Of a DNA stretch of 64,000 nt, positions 45,905 to 56,505 are shown one piece after another (position 1 is the stretch's first letter; each line of letters opens with the position of its first letter). The DNA is taken from the IMG/VR virus record IMGVR_UViG_3300017766_003987, positions 32,001 through 96,000 of that record; one strand, 5' to 3'. Under the pieces are notes generated by a model. That model was not told the DNA's origin. It searched no databases and worked only from the letters and a program-made list of their open reading frames with translations. Made by a program: the position numbers and the translations under genes. This DNA is from a virus.

Positions 45905-46345
45905 TCAGGCAATCTGCAGTACTCCATTGGTCGCGTCAGCGTCCCAAGTGAAGGATTCGCCTGCCGCGAGAGTGATTGAGGAACCGTAGTCCCACCAAGC
46001 AATCAGCGGGTCAGCGTTAGCGCCCTGAGAGTTGGCGGTCGGCGTATCGTTATACAGATCTGTATAACGGAACGGGCCGATTGAGCCGCCAGAGGCTGTG
46101 AAGACCACGTCACCGCATACAAGCTTGTATGTACCCGACGTTTGCCCGGATGACGACTGACTCGTTTGGGTGCCACCTGCGGTGTAGCCATTGCCTGCCG
46201 AAATTTCGGTAAGATTGGACTTGATGGTGTTGGCCGAGGTAGGCGCAGTATTTGTCAGAAGCACCTTGAGAGTGTCAGACGCAAGATTGTGAATCTTCTC
46301 AGCAAGATCTTCAACGAAGATCTGGTGTTTATTATAAGTGGCCAT
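45905..46345 (-). CDS. virion structural (minor tail) protein
   Basis: DTLKVLLTN, GNGYTAGG, LIAWWDYGSSITL motif common in tail modules. Confidence 0.7.
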   Translation of the reverse strand: MATYNKHQIFVEDLAEKIHNLASDTLKVLLTNTAPTSANTIKSNLTEISAGNGYTAGGTQTSQSSSGQTSGTYKLVCGDVVFTASGGSIGPFRYTDLYNDTPTANSQGANADPLIAWWDYGSSITLAAGESFTWDADATNGVLQIA

Positions 46346-46354
46346 CGAGATCTC

Positions 46355-47212
46355 CTAGACCGACGTTTCTTTCAGCAGAACTTTGAGGCCGATTGCACCT
46401 GAGCCTGCGCCATCGACATGGAAAGTCAACTCGTCGTCATCGCTCAGTTCATCATCGACTAACGAGTAGGGGGTAGCGGCTGTTTTTGAAGTCAGCTCAC
46501 CTTGATCGATTGTTAACTTGGTCACAAAGATTGAGACACTGTTTCGCTTAATATCAACGGTGACAGCTCCTGAAGAAGAGGCCACGTTGAGACTGGCTCG
46601 AATGGTATCAATCGTAGTATCACCAAAATGTCGCATTGTAAGCTTCTTTCCGGTAGTGATTATTGTCACTTCATCGGAAAGCGCTACGTGGTTACCACCC
46701 GGCCCTTCAGGCCCTGTAACTGAAAGCGCTGCTGACCAATCACCGCTGGTGGAAGAAGCTTTAATATAAATCACTGCGGCGTCTTGACCGCCTGTGCCAT
46801 CTAGCGAAGCAAAGACAAAACCTTTATCTTCATCGTCGTAAGTATCTCGATCTGTAAAATTACCAAACGCATCGGGTTGAATACCGAGCGGGCCCAACTG
46901 GCCTAACAGCTCAAGGTAACGCCGAGTCTGCGCGGTCGAGCGTGTAACGTCGCCGACGAAACGGATTTCGTAAGGGGCTGCGGAAACCGTCGCCCCGGGC
47001 CACCCTTCCCATAGGGTCGCGGTCTGCATCGCATAATCAAGAGAGGCAATGCGCTGCGGGGGAATTTCAGGCTGGTCGGGATCAGAAAACAGATCCCCCG
47101 GCATGATCGTCGGAAAGTCAACACTGCCAAGCCCCGCACCAAAAAAGTTAACGAGCGTAGCGCCAGCTGTAACTGACGCGGTACCCGTATTATAGTACGT
47201 GATCAAAGCCAT
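46355..47212 (-). CDS. tail fibre protein
   Basis: N-terminal YNTGTASVTAG anchor motif; short GPEGPGG. Confidence 0.65.
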   Translation of the reverse strand: MALITYYNTGTASVTAGATLVNFFGAGLGSVDFPTIMPGDLFSDPDQPEIPPQRIASLDYAMQTATLWEGWPGATVSAAPYEIRFVGDVTRSTAQTRRYLELLGQLGPLGIQPDAFGNFTDRDTYDDEDKGFVFASLDGTGGQDAAVIYIKASSTSGDWSAALSVTGPEGPGGNHVALSDEVTIITTGKKLTMRHFGDTTIDTIRASLNVASSSGAVTVDIKRNSVSIFVTKLTIDQGELTSKTAATPYSLVDDELSDDDELTFHVDGAGSGAIGLKVLLKETSV

Positions 47213-47303
47213 TTGATATCTGTCTTCTCGAGGGAGGCCGACGCATCACGATAGCCTCTATGTTTCTGCCAGGCTACCAGAATATCACATCCACAGGGGG
47301 AGC

Positions 47304-48788
47304 CTAGTGGAATGAGGCCGCAAACCATCTAAGGCCAGTCGCACGAGTAGATGTTCCAGTGGAACTAGCAGTATTGGTTTCGGCTCGGACAAGTTTAGTG
47401 GTTCCATCGGTTTTTGAATTAGCACACCAGTAAGCAAGAGAAATACCTTCTGGAAAATCCATATTCTGAAATCCTTGCACGATATTAGTTAGGCCTGAAA
47501 AATCTCGATCCATAGCAAAACCAATCGCCCAACCGTCAGCTACAGTAACCAGTGAGGAGCCGACTGTGGTTCCGTAAACGGTCTGTGAGCTAATTGTTGC
47601 ATCGGGAACCGTCGGAGCGACTAAGTTGTAGCCTGCCCAGAGTGCAATTGCAATGCTACTGTAACCTGAGTTACTGGTAGAAACAACTACCGTTACGCTT
47701 GTTCCTGTCGGAACAGCAGCCACCCAAATTCCCCCGTCTACTTCAGGTGCTGAGCGATTAGCTGTGACCAAAGGCGTTGCGGTTACACCTCCTATAGTGA
47801 CACCTGTAATTGTAGTTGAACCTGAGCCTAAATTGTTAGTTGCACCAACTGCTGCGTAAATATATCGAGTAGGATGCTCGAGTAGAACGTCAAACACACG
47901 GCTGGTCGTAGCACCGTCTGTGTCCATTCCGAGATAGAGTATTACTTTGTTGTCAGTAACACTGTTTACAGGAGTGTTCAAAGTAGCTACAGGAATGATT
48001 CTCAAATCAAGTGAATAAACTGAGCTGTAATCGGTAGTATCAGTCAAACTACAAGCATTAGACTGCCCTCGTTGCATATCGGCACCCGTGCCGGGCGTAA
48101 AACTCGGGCCTTTAGTATCAAGCTGCGCAACAATATGCCCGTAGGCTCCTGCTGTTCCGCCGTAAGTCCATCCTGAGTTAGTTGGATCATTACCACCTCG
48201 CCAATAGGTGTAGAGCGTAGTAATCACACTTTGACGACGCTCAAGCACAATGTCTCGAGACCCGTCGCCATTATACACGGGATCTCCGCTTGCGTCGGTT
48301 CTCAAGCGAACGTCGATCTGACGGCTCAGGGGCCACAAAAACTCTAAGGGTAGAGATCCTCCTGCACATACTGTCCAATCACCGGATGAAGGCAAAACCG
48401 GGATTGTATTGCCATTGATCTGACTAGGGTTAGTAGTCCTCGTTACTTTCGCTAGTACGTATAGAGAATCGACTCCCGAAGGTACCGTTCCTAGTACGCT
48501 TTCCGCAAGCGTTCGCCCAGAATCAGGATTAGATACGCTCGGACCCCACTCTTGAGGGCCAAGCGTTAGAAAACTCATACAGCTACGGTAGAGGTCAGCG
48601 CCAATAGTGCCTCTAGCGTAAGCGTATGAGTCACCTTTCATTAAATCCGGAAAAGTAACAGTTGTCGATACAATGATTTCTTCGCCTGAAGGGGCGAGCT
48701 GAAGCGGTGCCAAGTCGCTGTCAAAAACAACAACGCTGTCCTCTAAGAACCGCATTCTATCAGGGAGAGTCTCAAATTTAACAGTCAT
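47304..48788 (-). CDS. putative receptor-binding tail protein
   Basis: Thr/Ser/Gly-rich and beta-rich; position after the tail tip. Confidence 0.6.
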   Translation of the reverse strand: MTVKFETLPDRMRFLEDSVVVFDSDLAPLQLAPSGEEIIVSTTVTFPDLMKGDSYAYARGTIGADLYRSCMSFLTLGPQEWGPSVSNPDSGRTLAESVLGTVPSGVDSLYVLAKVTRTTNPSQINGNTIPVLPSSGDWTVCAGGSLPLEFLWPLSRQIDVRLRTDASGDPVYNGDGSRDIVLERRQSVITTLYTYWRGGNDPTNSGWTYGGTAGAYGHIVAQLDTKGPSFTPGTGADMQRGQSNACSLTDTTDYSSVYSLDLRIIPVATLNTPVNSVTDNKVILYLGMDTDGATTSRVFDVLLEHPTRYIYAAVGATNNLGSGSTTITGVTIGGVTATPLVTANRSAPEVDGGIWVAAVPTGTSVTVVVSTSNSGYSSIAIALWAGYNLVAPTVPDATISSQTVYGTTVGSSLVTVADGWAIGFAMDRDFSGLTNIVQGFQNMDFPEGISLAYWCANSKTDGTTKLVRAETNTASSTGTSTRATGLRWFAASFH

Positions 48789-49564
48789 GTGAAAGACACA
48801 GGCATGTAGTCCATATTATTCAAAACTCCCGCATATCGTCCTGTATCACCTCGAGTTCCATCAGGTCTAAGAAAACGGAAGTTGCCGTTACGTGTATCCG
48901 AAGTTCGCGTAAGGGGAAAGTTAAGCACAGGCGAATCCCCAGGTTCAGCTTTTCGTACCACGCTTTGCCCCGCTTGGATCTTTCCTTGTCCCAGAATAAG
49001 TTTTTCAGGAGCACCAGTTTTAACTTGAAATACAGGCAGAACAGGATCAGCCGCCGGATCCTTGAAGATATAAACATCGTATTGCAGAGTTACGGCAGGG
49101 AGATCAAGCTCACTAGAGATACCGATGTCCCTAATTATGATTTTAGAGGTAGTGGCAAAAGCTGACACAGTTCTAAGTTGACTGCTGCCAAATTGAACTG
49201 GAACTCCACCTGATAAAATCATTCCGTTGTAAAGAACAAAAAACAAAGGAATGTAACCTAAGCTGTGAGTATAAAGATCAAGATTGGAAGCAGTAATTCT
49301 TCCATCAGCAATCGCTGGCGAAGTGCCCGTGCTGCCGCTTCCTGCTGAAGTTGAATAACCCGTTCCAATTTGACCAGCAACTAATGCATGGTTAATGCTT
49401 ATGTTTGTCGAGATAAGATTATTAGCAAGATATTGTAAGTCGCTATGAAAACGAATATACTCGAGATGGTCATACGGGTTATCAAATGGGGCCATCGGAT
49501 CGCCGCTGGGAGGTTTCTCCCAAATAGCAACCGTGCCTCCCTTTGCTCTAAAGCACATAACCAT
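48785..49564 (-). CDS. minor tail protein
   Basis: FHSDLQY motif; position in the tail module. Confidence 0.6.
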   Translation of the reverse strand: MVMCFRAKGGTVAIWEKPPSGDPMAPFDNPYDHLEYIRFHSDLQYLANNLISTNISINHALVAGQIGTGYSTSAGSGSTGTSPAIADGRITASNLDLYTHSLGYIPLFFVLYNGMILSGGVPVQFGSSQLRTVSAFATTSKIIIRDIGISSELDLPAVTLQYDVYIFKDPAADPVLPVFQVKTGAPEKLILGQGKIQAGQSVVRKAEPGDSPVLNFPLTRTSDTRNGNFRFLRPDGTRGDTGRYAGVLNNMDYMPVSFT

Positions 49565-49566
49565 CT

Positions 49567-52035
49567 TTAAGATTCCATGTAGATTTCGGGATTATCAAAA
49601 TCGATGATAAAAGACGTCCCGTCAGCGGAGGTAATACGACCCGCCCGAGCGCCCACAAATTTAAGTTCACCGCCCTCAACCACAAAAGCCGGATGATCTG
49701 TCGTTCCATCAGTTACAATAAACTGATCAGCAGCAACAACGACACGAGTGGGATCAAGGGGATTTGCCGGCACATCGAGAAAGAACGAAGCAGACCGAAT
49801 ATCACCATCGTTCACCTCGGCTGTAACCGCATATCGTGCGGAGAAGCCGCTAGGCGCCGCAATGGATTGCCAGCGAACGTTAACCTGCGAAGTACTTCCG
49901 CCCATCGCTGCATAAAGCGAGCTCAGCGCTGTTGCGATAGCGCCGCCTGGCCCAAGAGCAACTTCAATGACTTCGGTGAACGATGCTTCTACGTCACCCA
50001 GCCGAACCCCGATCTCACGACTAAGAACCTCTCGCTCGGTATAATTCTCGCGATCAACTTGCTCAATTATCGTACCAAGCTGGTGAAAGCTATCAATAGC
50101 ATTACGCACGCCCGCTCTGATCCAATCTAACTGCTGCGAGATCTCAGCAGCAATCGCATCGAGCTCAATATCAATGTCTTTCGCACCAAGCAGGATGTTA
50201 GGCGTCGTAACCCCCAACCACGGACCAAGCGTACCGTCGTCATCTTCATTCGACCACAGGGTAGCCCGACTAGAATAAGGCACAAAGATGCCGCGAACTT
50301 CGTAGTTAACATTAGGCGCAAGGAAGTCGCCGATGATTGGATTAGTGATCAGAGGATCAGTAATTGTAGTGTCATAAGGCACTTCCCCATCGAAGACCAG
50401 CGACGTTTGCCCTGCTACACGCACTTGCACACGGACTGCCCGTACGTCGTCAAGTTCCGCGGCGTATGATAGCAAAATGCCGGGGCGACGTGCATCCCCG
50501 TCCTCATCAAGCAGAGTATAAGGCGCAACAGACCATCCAACAATAGGCTGAGCGTTCGGCCGATTGATTGTAATAGGAACAGTCTCATACTCAATCTCGT
50601 CTGTAGGCGACCAATCATAATCAGTCGGATCGATCTCTTGCGAACCGATGATTTGGTTAGCATTCGGAGCATCGTCAATGACAGTTATTAAGAACTGTTT
50701 ATCGGTATAGCCGTTTCGCGTCGAATCCCAAGCAAATGTGTCTAGGGGTTCATACTCCCACCAATCCGCTTTACCCGTGAACGAGTGCTTACGAAACCGA
50801 CGCGTCTCGAGCAGCGACATTTCCATATTACGTTGAACTTGTCGAGCGAATGGCACGGCTTTGTACTGCGTATCGAAGGGCAAACGATTACCGTTATCTT
50901 CAAGCTCAAGCGCAGCGTCATAACGCGAAGGCGCCTCTTTCATGTTCCAGCCTTCATCCGGTTCTGGATAAGTAGCTGTCACACCGTTGAAAGTGTCTTC
51001 AAGCCCCGGAAACGGTTCATAAGTTTGGCTTTCGCTAATCAAGATTTCTTCATCTGTGATCGAACGAACCGGGGAGTCGGGCTCGCCGACCAATACTTTG
51101 TAGAAGCCCCCGATGACCGCAATGCGACCTTCGCAAGCCTTGAGCAGTTCACCGATAACCGCCTGAGGCTCATCGCTCACGAGAACTTCATAACCAAAAC
51201 GGAAACGCTTCTCGGTGCCGCCTTCAGACAGGTCAATGGGTGCATCGCATTTATCCATCTGCGCTGCCCAATTTGCATAAGGCAGCTGCGATTGAGTTGT
51301 GTTCTGCGGCCCGTAGAACCAATCCCCGTCGTAGTACAACCCGAGCAACAGGTTGTAAACACCAACAATCGGATTGTCGCTGTATTCCCATGTTGCAGGG
51401 TCATTCAGACGATGACTACCCGATCCACCTGCGGTCGTGTCCTTACGAACGTCGTAAAGCTTGATCCCCTGAAGCTCGAAATTGAACTCAGGGAGCCCAG
51501 AGAACAGCTCGCGATTAACTCGTGCGGTCGCAATCGCGTAAGAGGTTCCCTTACCGATCATTGAAGAATCCCAAGGGCGGTCTGTGCCCGAGGTAAACTT
51601 CTCCAACAAATAATCATCGGCAACGGTCTGCGTACCGTCGTAAAATTTGATCCAAAGATAATCTTTTCCCTTCTTTTTGTACTCGATTACCGGATACCCG
51701 TAGAGCGAGTGCGGGGTCGGCCCCAGCGTCACGCGCTCGTCGTTAACAAACACCCCAGTATTGGCCGATACAGGAAGATCAGAAAGACTAATTACGATTG
51801 TATAGAAAGAATTTGGTGTCTCATCAATGGTTCCCCAGGTTCCTGCGTACTCGAATTGACCCGGAGTGGCAAAAAATCCCATAATAAAAGCTAACGGGTT
51901 ATCGCCTCCCTTCTGAATAGTACCCTTAATGCCTGATTGCTGCTCTTTTTGATCTTGCGCAAAAATCAGCTGAACCACCGTAGCAGCCAGATTGAGCGCA
52001 ATTCCGATAAGCAGATTGACTAAAAAAGGGGGCAT
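49567..52035 (-). CDS. tail tip / central fibre (gpJ-like) protein
   Basis: LYDVRKD..G.GSHRL.DPATWEYSDNP motif; 822 aa. Confidence 0.8.
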   Translation of the reverse strand: MPPFLVNLLIGIALNLAATVVQLIFAQDQKEQQSGIKGTIQKGGDNPLAFIMGFFATPGQFEYAGTWGTIDETPNSFYTIVISLSDLPVSANTGVFVNDERVTLGPTPHSLYGYPVIEYKKKGKDYLWIKFYDGTQTVADDYLLEKFTSGTDRPWDSSMIGKGTSYAIATARVNRELFSGLPEFNFELQGIKLYDVRKDTTAGGSGSHRLNDPATWEYSDNPIVGVYNLLLGLYYDGDWFYGPQNTTQSQLPYANWAAQMDKCDAPIDLSEGGTEKRFRFGYEVLVSDEPQAVIGELLKACEGRIAVIGGFYKVLVGEPDSPVRSITDEEILISESQTYEPFPGLEDTFNGVTATYPEPDEGWNMKEAPSRYDAALELEDNGNRLPFDTQYKAVPFARQVQRNMEMSLLETRRFRKHSFTGKADWWEYEPLDTFAWDSTRNGYTDKQFLITVIDDAPNANQIIGSQEIDPTDYDWSPTDEIEYETVPITINRPNAQPIVGWSVAPYTLLDEDGDARRPGILLSYAAELDDVRAVRVQVRVAGQTSLVFDGEVPYDTTITDPLITNPIIGDFLAPNVNYEVRGIFVPYSSRATLWSNEDDDGTLGPWLGVTTPNILLGAKDIDIELDAIAAEISQQLDWIRAGVRNAIDSFHQLGTIIEQVDRENYTEREVLSREIGVRLGDVEASFTEVIEVALGPGGAIATALSSLYAAMGGSTSQVNVRWQSIAAPSGFSARYAVTAEVNDGDIRSASFFLDVPANPLDPTRVVVAADQFIVTDGTTDHPAFVVEGGELKFVGARAGRITSADGTSFIIDFDNPEIYMES

Positions 52036-52045
52036 CTACTTATCC

Positions 52046-52705
52046 TTACTTCTTATTGCTGCTGCTACCGCTGTCGCTAGTCGTCTTGGCACTCTTCTCA
52101 CCCCAGAAGATTTCCCAATCGCCAGCAACTGTGCTGTATCGCCGAAAGTTATCGGTGCGAAGCTTTTGTGTTTCGTGGCTACGTTTAGCAGGATTCGTGC
52201 GCGTCAATTCTCGAGTGTGAGACGTAATGCGAAGGGTGATCGAGCCTCCCCCATTATAAGCGGGCGTCTCGATAGGTGCTCCATTAACGATCCCGAGGAA
52301 TCGGCATCTAGGAGGTGCAACCGGTTGCATCGATTCTGGATCTAGGTACATGCGATGAATTTGTGCTTGTACGTTTCGAATGTTATTCGAACGAACCATT
52401 GCCTGCGCTTGGGAATGAATTTGTGACAAGATGACTTGAACAGTCGGGATGTCAATGTTCATCTGCAAAGGAACAGGATCAATTGAGATCAGAGGTCCAC
52501 TGTCGCCGTAAAAGGTTCTACTGACTTCGGTCTGGGTCCGACCGTCGATGATATTTACGGTAATATCTTCTCCAAAATCGGTAAAGCCAAAACGAACAAC
52601 ATCCCCGCCAGGATCAATCGCATCGACCAAAACAGTGTTGCGAATAATGATCTTTCCCGGATCACGGATCGCAGTCTGCGTGTCAACGTCAAGAACGCGA
52701 ACCAT
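52046..52705 (-). CDS. tail tip / baseplate hub protein
   Basis: KRSHETQKLR..D.F..Y..FWG C-terminus; position. Confidence 0.65.
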   Translation of the reverse strand: MVRVLDVDTQTAIRDPGKIIIRNTVLVDAIDPGGDVVRFGFTDFGEDITVNIIDGRTQTEVSRTFYGDSGPLISIDPVPLQMNIDIPTVQVILSQIHSQAQAMVRSNNIRNVQAQIHRMYLDPESMQPVAPPRCRFLGIVNGAPIETPAYNGGGSITLRITSHTRELTRTNPAKRSHETQKLRTDNFRRYSTVAGDWEIFWGEKSAKTTSDSGSSSNKK

Positions 52706-53368
52706 TTAACCCGCCTGTAGAGTTTGCCGAACTGAGAAGGTAATCTGCTCTTTATTGTAACGAACTTGCTTTTTGTCGAGCGTTCCGGGCATCAGCTTAA
52801 CTTTAGCAGCTGGACGTGCAAATGAGACAACATCGTCAACAATCGCACTTGCTGAAATATGAGGGCGAAACTCGAGCGATCCCGTCGTTCCAAGCGCGCT
52901 GACAGTTGCGCCCTCACGCAAGCGGAATAGCCCCCTGCGCGCACCCCCGCCGCCGTATTCGACATGAAACATGTCGCCCGGGCTCAACACATAGCCAATG
53001 GGCAGGCCCTTGAACGAGATTTGCTTTTTGTTCGCGTTAATTGCACCAATTTGAGGCGTCGAACTGCCATAAAGAGTGCCACCTGGATCCATTGCAGGCC
53101 ACCAACCAAGCGGATTTGCAAGGTAGAATGTCTCAAGTGCACCATCCAATGCCTCGAGTTGAGCCATGAGAGCGCGAGCTTCCGTCACCAGTTGCGGTTT
53201 AAGAGTAACGACACCTGTCCACAGGGGGCGAGCCAGATCAGCGGCTAGCGTTTCACCGTTGCCGGAAATCGAAATCTCTTGAAACTGCTCAAGAGTCCAA
53301 TCAACGTTGAGAATAGGCAGAAGTTGACCGAGGTTGGCAAAAGGTACCGGGTAGGTGAGCAGTGCCAT
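52706..53368 (-). CDS. distal tail protein
   Basis: Directly after tape measure; start at MALLTYP. Confidence 0.65.
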   Translation of the reverse strand: MALLTYPVPFANLGQLLPILNVDWTLEQFQEISISGNGETLAADLARPLWTGVVTLKPQLVTEARALMAQLEALDGALETFYLANPLGWWPAMDPGGTLYGSSTPQIGAINANKKQISFKGLPIGYVLSPGDMFHVEYGGGGARRGLFRLREGATVSALGTTGSLEFRPHISASAIVDDVVSFARPAAKVKLMPGTLDKKQVRYNKEQITFSVRQTLQAG

Positions 53369-53369
53369 T

Positions 53370-55367
53370 TTAACCCCTTGCCAATGGATCCTTATTGATC
53401 TGACCCACTCGTTTAGGAAGTGAGAACCGATCATAATGATCGAGAGCTTGTCGAATTTCTTCCGCGACGCCTCGTTGTGCGCCTCGAGCGTCGATATGAA
53501 ATACATTGCTTCCAGAACCAGAAGCACCCCCGGAACCCCCCTTCGGGAGTTTCGGGATAATCATACCATCCATACCCGGCGCAAAATATTCACTATTCGG
53601 TGTGTTTTCGTTCACCTTATAGATCTTTCCAGCTTGTACGTCGCCGCCCTGCGCACGACCACCGCCGAAAATGTTCTTTATGATGTCTTGAAACTGGCCT
53701 GTTCCGCTACCAAATGCTTGGTTAAGAAAGAAATTACCCACCTGCGAAAGCACATTAGAGGCGATATCGCCGAATTCCTGGAGAGAAATCTTGCCGTCAT
53801 CGAGCGCGCTAATGATCCCCTGTACCGCCGATTGACCAGCGGAACCCAAGGACTCATAAAGCCCCTGAAGATACTGAACTGCTTCTTGCTCAGCGTAATT
53901 AGCACGAGTGAGTTCTTCAATACGCGCCACTTGATCAGCAGTCGCCGTCGCACCCGCCTTACGAATGTTAGCGAGTACCTGTTGATCGACCGTGTTGAGA
54001 CGCATCGCTGCGCCCTCAGCTTCAAGGTCTGCAATCTGCTCTTTGATATTATTCTGAGCGGTTTCGAATGCTTTTTCTTCCGCGCTCTTTCCGCTGTTAC
54101 TTGTCTTGTAGAGGTCATCAAAGATGCTGATCGGCTTGGGCTCAAGACTCTTATAATCGGCATCACGAAATAGCTTCTCGTTCGAGCTAAGCGATTTAGC
54201 AGGAACAACGGGCACAACGATGGGTTTGGCGTTCGGATCAGTAGGCACCGTCGAAATATCAGGAACGGGAAGACCTGTATCTGACTCTATATACCGAACT
54301 TTAATTCCGATAGGCTTCTGCCCCGAGAAACCCGCCATCAAATCGTCCCAAGCCTGCTGCGCGCCGCTGAAGTCGATTGGATCAAAAAATGCAGTTTCGC
54401 CAGGATTAATTGTGCTCGGTTTACCTTTTAGGAATTCATCGGTCTGCTTTGCTCCCGCAGCCAAGCGAGCATAGAAATTATCCATCTCACCTTTGCTATC
54501 AGCAAAAGCTTTACCTACCTTCTGAATAAATCCAGCAAGCCCGTCCATTGCAGTACCAAGACCGATGCTCAATCCTGTGGCAGTGTCGAATTGACCAGCG
54601 GCAACGATCATCACGTTTTTGAGACGTTCGAACCCCTGCCCAATTGTAATTTGTGCGTTGCCGACCTTTTCCTGGATGTCGCCAGCCCCGATAGCAAAGC
54701 CGTCAAAAAACGCCTTAGACGAAATCTTGCCTTCAAGCACAAGGTTACGCAAGGTGGCGACGCTTCCGCCCGCTTCCTTGATGCCCTTGGCTGCCGCCTG
54801 AAGCACAGGGAGCAAACCTTCGTTGACCGAGTTGAATTCTTCCGCTCGCACCGTACCAGTCGAAAGCGCCTGGCTGAGCTGCAAGAGCGCGCCTTGCGAC
54901 TCTTCGGCACTTCGACCCGTCACGCGGAGAGCCGCGGCAACGTTGTCGGTGAACTTGAGCAAATCCTCGCTCGAGGCGCCTAGCGCACTTTGCACCTGCG
55001 AGACTCGACCATACAACGTAGCGAGAGCTTCGAACGGGGCGCCGTTCTTCTGTGCGCTTGCAAAGAGGCGGTCATAGACCTGCGTAAGCTGGGTGCCCTG
55101 AAGACCCGCGATCTTGAGCGCGTTAGTGATACGGATGTTGGCATCGATGAACTGCTTAGCAGCATTCGCCGCGTAGCCGGTCGCAAAGAACGCAAAAGCT
55201 TTTTGCAAGCCTGCGCCGACGTTCGTGCCCATTTGGCTGACACGCTTCTCAATACGCCGCATTGAGGTGTTCGTCTGCCCGTTAGCACGGGCGAGTGCAC
55301 GCTCGTATTTGACGGTAGAAGCCTCAAGTGAGACGATCAGACGTTCCAGCTCAGTAGTGCCAGCCAT
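53370..55367 (-). CDS. tape measure protein
   Basis: ALLQLSQAL..G.VRAEEFNSV, GGRAQGGDV..YKVNE. Confidence 0.9.
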   Translation of the reverse strand: MAGTTELERLIVSLEASTVKYERALARANGQTNTSMRRIEKRVSQMGTNVGAGLQKAFAFFATGYAANAAKQFIDANIRITNALKIAGLQGTQLTQVYDRLFASAQKNGAPFEALATLYGRVSQVQSALGASSEDLLKFTDNVAAALRVTGRSAEESQGALLQLSQALSTGTVRAEEFNSVNEGLLPVLQAAAKGIKEAGGSVATLRNLVLEGKISSKAFFDGFAIGAGDIQEKVGNAQITIGQGFERLKNVMIVAAGQFDTATGLSIGLGTAMDGLAGFIQKVGKAFADSKGEMDNFYARLAAGAKQTDEFLKGKPSTINPGETAFFDPIDFSGAQQAWDDLMAGFSGQKPIGIKVRYIESDTGLPVPDISTVPTDPNAKPIVVPVVPAKSLSSNEKLFRDADYKSLEPKPISIFDDLYKTSNSGKSAEEKAFETAQNNIKEQIADLEAEGAAMRLNTVDQQVLANIRKAGATATADQVARIEELTRANYAEQEAVQYLQGLYESLGSAGQSAVQGIISALDDGKISLQEFGDIASNVLSQVGNFFLNQAFGSGTGQFQDIIKNIFGGGRAQGGDVQAGKIYKVNENTPNSEYFAPGMDGMIIPKLPKGGSGGASGSGSNVFHIDARGAQRGVAEEIRQALDHYDRFSLPKRVGQINKDPLARG

Positions 55368-55376
55368 TTAATCGCC

Positions 55377-55715
55377 TCAGTCGAGTGTGAAAGTTACTTC
55401 CTTATCAACCACGGGGCCGTTCTCGTCCCAGAGGTAAACAAGGGTTTTGTATAGGGGTTTGCTTTCTGCGTCTGCATCAAGCCAATCTGACAACTCGCCA
55501 AGCTCGGCTTCAGTGAGTTGTTCTTTCCCCTTAGGCGTATTCTGCTCGATGTACGCGTAGAGTACCGAATAGTACTGCCACATGCTCATCTTGTTAACTT
55601 GCTGTGGGGTGAACCCCATTGCGACACCGCCGGCATAAATCGGAGCTATCCGAATCTTACCGTTGGGGAGAGGTTCTACTCGCTCTCCGGATTCGGTGCC
55701 GCTTCGCCTTCCCCC
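55377..55715 (-). CDS. tail assembly chaperone gpGT extension (via -1 frameshift)
   Basis: -1 frame from GGGGGAA is open into MGFTPQQV... Confidence 0.65.
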   Translation of the reverse strand, partial: GGRRSGTESGERVEPLPNGKIRIAPIYAGGVAMGFTPQQVNKMSMWQYYSVLYAYIEQNTPKGKEQLTEAELGELSDWLDADAESKPLYKTLVYLWDENGPVVDKEVTFTLD

Positions 55716-56035
55716 GGTTTTTCGTCTGGAGCCCCCTGTACTGCGATGCCGAGAATGCCACGAGCGAACGGAACATTCTCGAGAGGAGGACGACTATGCA
55801 CGTAAGTTTTCACCAACCTGAATGCTTCGGTAGGTTCAATTCCACCACCGATAAGGCTGAGACGAATGACATTCGAGATATCTTCCATCAGCCAAGTGTT
55901 GGTGCTTAAACGCCGAAGAATTTCGAAAGGTCCGGCATTGCATTCTTCTTGCAGGGTGATCAGTTCGCCCCATGCTAGGCGGAAGGTGTAGGTCCCATCC
56001 GCCCAGTCAATTGTAAGTTGCGCATCGCGCGACAT
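55676..56035 (-). CDS. tail assembly chaperone (GTA gp10-like)
   Basis: WADGTYTFRLAWGEL..LQE, IRLSLIGGG. Confidence 0.8.
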   Translation of the reverse strand: MSRDAQLTIDWADGTYTFRLAWGELITLQEECNAGPFEILRRLSTNTWLMEDISNVIRLSLIGGGIEPTEAFRLVKTYVHSRPPLENVPFARGILGIAVQGAPDEKPGEGEAAPNPESE

Positions 56036-56049
56036 GAAAGAACCTCAGA

Positions 56050-56487
56050 TTATGTCGCGACCGTACGGACCATTTCACCGTCGGACTGCATCGAGATTGT
56101 AGCCGTCGAGCGACGACCGTTGGGCGAAACGCCTTCCATGGTCTCGACATGCATCTTGCCGGTCCAGGTAATCGTCTTGGCGGGGAATTCCATTTCGATC
56201 TTGACGTTGACGGAATCAATCGATTCCCAAGCGTCGAGCCAGGTTTCGATGGACTGTTCGGCGAGAACACCTTCACCCGAAACACTCATGGCGAGCGAGG
56301 TAGCATCGCGACCGAGCCAATCGACCTTGTCCGGATCATCACAATCCGGAACCTGAACGTCTTCCAAGCCCTTGGTGAAAGTCACCGTCTTGGAAGTGAA
56401 GCCGCAGGGGGTCGCGTAAACAGTAGGAACAGCGGTCTCGAGTTTGACCCGAACTTTGCCGCCCTTAATGGTAGTTGCCTGTGTCAT
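56050..56487 (-). CDS. major tail tube protein
   Basis: PCGFTSK, VPDCDDPD, SVSGEG, MQSDG. Confidence 0.85.
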   Translation of the reverse strand: MTQATTIKGGKVRVKLETAVPTVYATPCGFTSKTVTFTKGLEDVQVPDCDDPDKVDWLGRDATSLAMSVSGEGVLAEQSIETWLDAWESIDSVNVKIEMEFPAKTITWTGKMHVETMEGVSPNGRRSTATISMQSDGEMVRTVAT

Positions 56488-56505
56488 AACAGTCTCCGTA
56501 TTGCC

